Part shown: positions 63,101-64,000 of the stretch, one piece after another | How the letters are laid out: each line of letters starts with the position of its first letter | How positions within the stretch are numbered: the first letter of the stretch is position 1 | Assembly: GCA_036374435.1 (NCBI GenBank) | Contig: DASUTU010000153.1 | Location: 7,393 to 71,392, forward strand | Source of the DNA: Actinomycetota bacterium | GTDB taxonomy: Bacteria > Actinomycetota > UBA4738 > HRBIN12 | Direction of reading: 5' to 3' | DNA: 64,000 bases | Notes under the pieces: generated by a model | Databases searched by the model: none | Seen by the model: the letters and a program-made list of their open reading frames with translations, nothing else | Told to the model about the DNA's origin: nothing | Translations under genes and position numbers: made by a program

Positions 63101-63438
63101 TCGTCGGCGTGCTGTTTCCGGGCGTCAGTCACGAGTCGCTCGAACCGGCGGGCGTCCACCTCCTGAGGCTCGGCCTTGAGGGCATAGCCTGCCGGCCCGG
63201 TGGTGATCCTTTCGGCACCCAGGGCCTTGCGTAGATGCGAGATATGACTCTGCAGGGTGTTGCGGGCCGCCTCGGTGGCATGCTCCCGCCACAGCTCGTC
63301 GATCAGACGGTCGGGGGATACTGGTTGGTTGACTCGGGTGAGCAGGTACGCGAGCACCGCGCGCTGCTTCGGACCCCCGAGCGGGATCCGGCGGGTGTCG
63401 TCCGACACTTCCAACGGTCCCAGGACTCGGAAGTCCAT
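60112..63438 (-). CDS. 1108-aa one-component membrane regulator: SARP-type OmpR/PhoB winged-helix, BTAD, one TM helix, 7-bladed YVTN beta-propeller, then a family-5 solute-binding (SBP_bac_5, DppA/NikA-like) domain
   Basis: N-terminus MDFRVLGPLEVSDDTRRIPLGGPKQRAVLAYLL...ALYRSGRQADAL (SARP plus BTAD). TM HPVASLVAATALVVAAAVPLTLL. Seven repeats of about 40 aa (IDPxTxxVVxTIxVGxxPxGIAVxGGxxWVANxxDxTVSR). C-terminal 520 aa has SBP_bac_5 character (LTVLVDYEVGSLDPATAYS...WSADFPGDSTFL). Confidence 0.85.
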   Translation of the reverse strand: MDFRVLGPLEVSDDTRRIPLGGPKQRAVLAYLLTRVNQPVSPDRLIDELWREHATEAARNTLQSHISHLRKALGAERITTGPAGYALKAEPQEVDARRFERLVTDARKQHADDPDAAASTLEEALSLWRGPALADVADEPSLAGEITRLEEIRLTALEDRLAADLGLGRHRDVIPELEGLVARHPLRERLWAHLMLALYRSGRQADALSAFGRARRTLAEEIGVDPSTDLTRLHERILAQDPVLDPPKASAEATGTVQVSRPRYRGSLIRNHPVASLVAATALVVAAAVPLTLLDRGAVTEIGDDAVAIIDPRTGEIAGAIELDGRPGALVVGEGAVWVAQPDRGIVVRIDPDTRAVVDTIQVGPDPSAIAVSGGSVWVANAGGSSVSRISADTNSVVETVETRGGPVGIAVGGGALWIANALDDSVSRIEPEIGEVEASIAVGDRPSGIVVADDALWVTNYGSGTVSRIDAKREVEVATVSVGNGPLGLASGEGGIWIANQLDDTVSRIDPRTNAVESTIRVGGGPATVVLSGGWVWVANELDGTVSRIDPRSNEVESFAVGAETGGAAGVDGSLWVGVRAAEEAHRGGNLTVLVDYEVGSLDPATAYSGAAWSILSLTNDGLVAFKRAGGLEGTTLVPNLARSLPTPTEGGTTYTFQLRSGIRYSNGATVRPEDFRRAIERTLILGSPRADLYRSIVGAEGCLRQPQSCDLHQGIVVDEEANTVTFLLEAPDTEFLSKLALSFAFAVPPGAPDPDIGAELLPATGPYMIASSTPEQVELVRNPEFQEWSPAAQPEGFPDRIVWRFGVPAERAVEEVLAGRADVMFRPPPPDGVGRLMANNPGQMHTFPASTTAFAVLNLMAPPFNDVRARQAVNYAVDRQRVAELVAGGQARPTCQVLPPTFPQYEPYCPYTSRPGTAGIWTAPDPVRARDLVAASGTTGARVRVWAQRADVRGAAPSIARYLVKLLRELGYRSSLKVVDDIPRYIQEHGIAHPERRIHIFPRGWSADFPGDSTFLSLQLECGAPDNVNGFCDPRIDAMMDKARTLETTEPAAAAKLWAAVDRRIVDQAPWVPLANPFDVRLVSDRVGNYQAHPHWGVLVGQLWVR

Positions 63439-63828
63439 GCGCGAACGATACGCTCGCCGCAGTCGGGGGTGAACCCGTCAGCCGGCCTCCAGCGCGTTTC
63501 CAGCTCTCCGTCAGGCGCCGATCGCACCGTGCCGCCGAGAGCGCCCGAGGGGCGCGGGGAGAGAAGGGAGGCCCAGATGACCACCGAGATCGAGATGGGG
63601 AGACGGACCCGCGGGGGGCGGATGGCCGTCGGATTCTTCGTGGCGACGCCGGCCAACGCCGCGCGTCGCTCGTGTCTCGGTCGCAAGGCTCGATCCGAGG
63701 CGAGGGATTATGACCTCCATCCGACGCGCGTTCCTGGGCGCTTTGCGTCACGCAAACCCGCGCAACGGTCACTCCGATGATCCGCGCATGTTCACTGGGC
63801 AACCAGACGCCCGACCGCCCACCCCCGG

Positions 63829-64000
63829 TGAGACTTCGGTCGGCGCGCTCCCGCGCGAACGCGATCTGGCTTCTCATGGCGCTGACGCTTGCGGCCTGTC
63901 AAGGAGAAGTCGATCACGGACCAGGCGGAAGCACCGACACCGCTGCCGCGACACCCGTCGACCAGGGACCGACGCCGACCGAGGCTGCGGAACGAGCCGT
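63829..64000 (+). CDS. putative lipoprotein, N-terminal fragment (continues beyond window)
   Basis: GTG 63829: VRLRSARSRANAIWLLMALTLAACQGEVDHGPGGSTDTAAATPVDQGPTPTE has a lipobox LAAC, then a low-complexity linker. Confidence 0.4.

Overview
This 64 kb window is high-GC (about 70%) and almost entirely coding. The gene order matches the conserved chromosomal core of high-GC Gram-positive (Actinobacteria-like) genomes: trpE, proS, rimP-nusA-ylxR-infB-DUF503-rbfA-nrnA-truB, ribF, rpsO-pnp-M16 peptidase-dapB, dapA-rnj-ftsK, cinA-thpR-recA-recX-rny, miaB-miaA-dapF-dapL-hflX, lexA with a divergent LysM gene, nrdR-nrdJ, dut and tRNA-Gly. All calls were made by reading translations and motifs directly; no database searches were run. 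I found no IS or transposase genes, no CRISPR array and no prophage.

Several accessory inserts sit between these core blocks:
- A minus-strand operon (14.3-18.2 kb) encoding a choline/betaine-type binding lipoprotein, a degenerate PAP2 membrane domain fused to a protein-kinase-like domain, a lipoprotein and a canonical PAP2 phosphatase. This is my best candidate for an undescribed system.
- A Hanks-type Ser/Thr kinase flanked by two paralogous secreted acidic low-complexity proteins and followed by a histidine kinase/OmpR-family response regulator pair (41.3-45.2 kb).
- A lone clpP next to an SRPBCC-ArsR pair, preceded by two perfect 16-bp palindromes (53.0-54.4 kb).
- A 1108-aa one-component protein combining a SARP-type DNA-binding domain, a BTAD domain, a TM segment, seven YVTN propeller blades and an SBP_bac_5 domain, beside tRNA-Gly and a decayed RTX-like remnant (59.3-63.4 kb).

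Regulatory signals readable from the sequence:
- A trp leader peptide (MNERVRRWSWFTGV) with a terminator hairpin upstream of trpE.
- A terminator-type attenuator in the rimP-nusA-infB leader.
- LexA boxes at recA (a perfect palindrome between the -35 and -10) and three more between lexA and the LysM gene.
- NrdR-box-like motifs before nrdR and nrdJ.
- Several strong hairpins.
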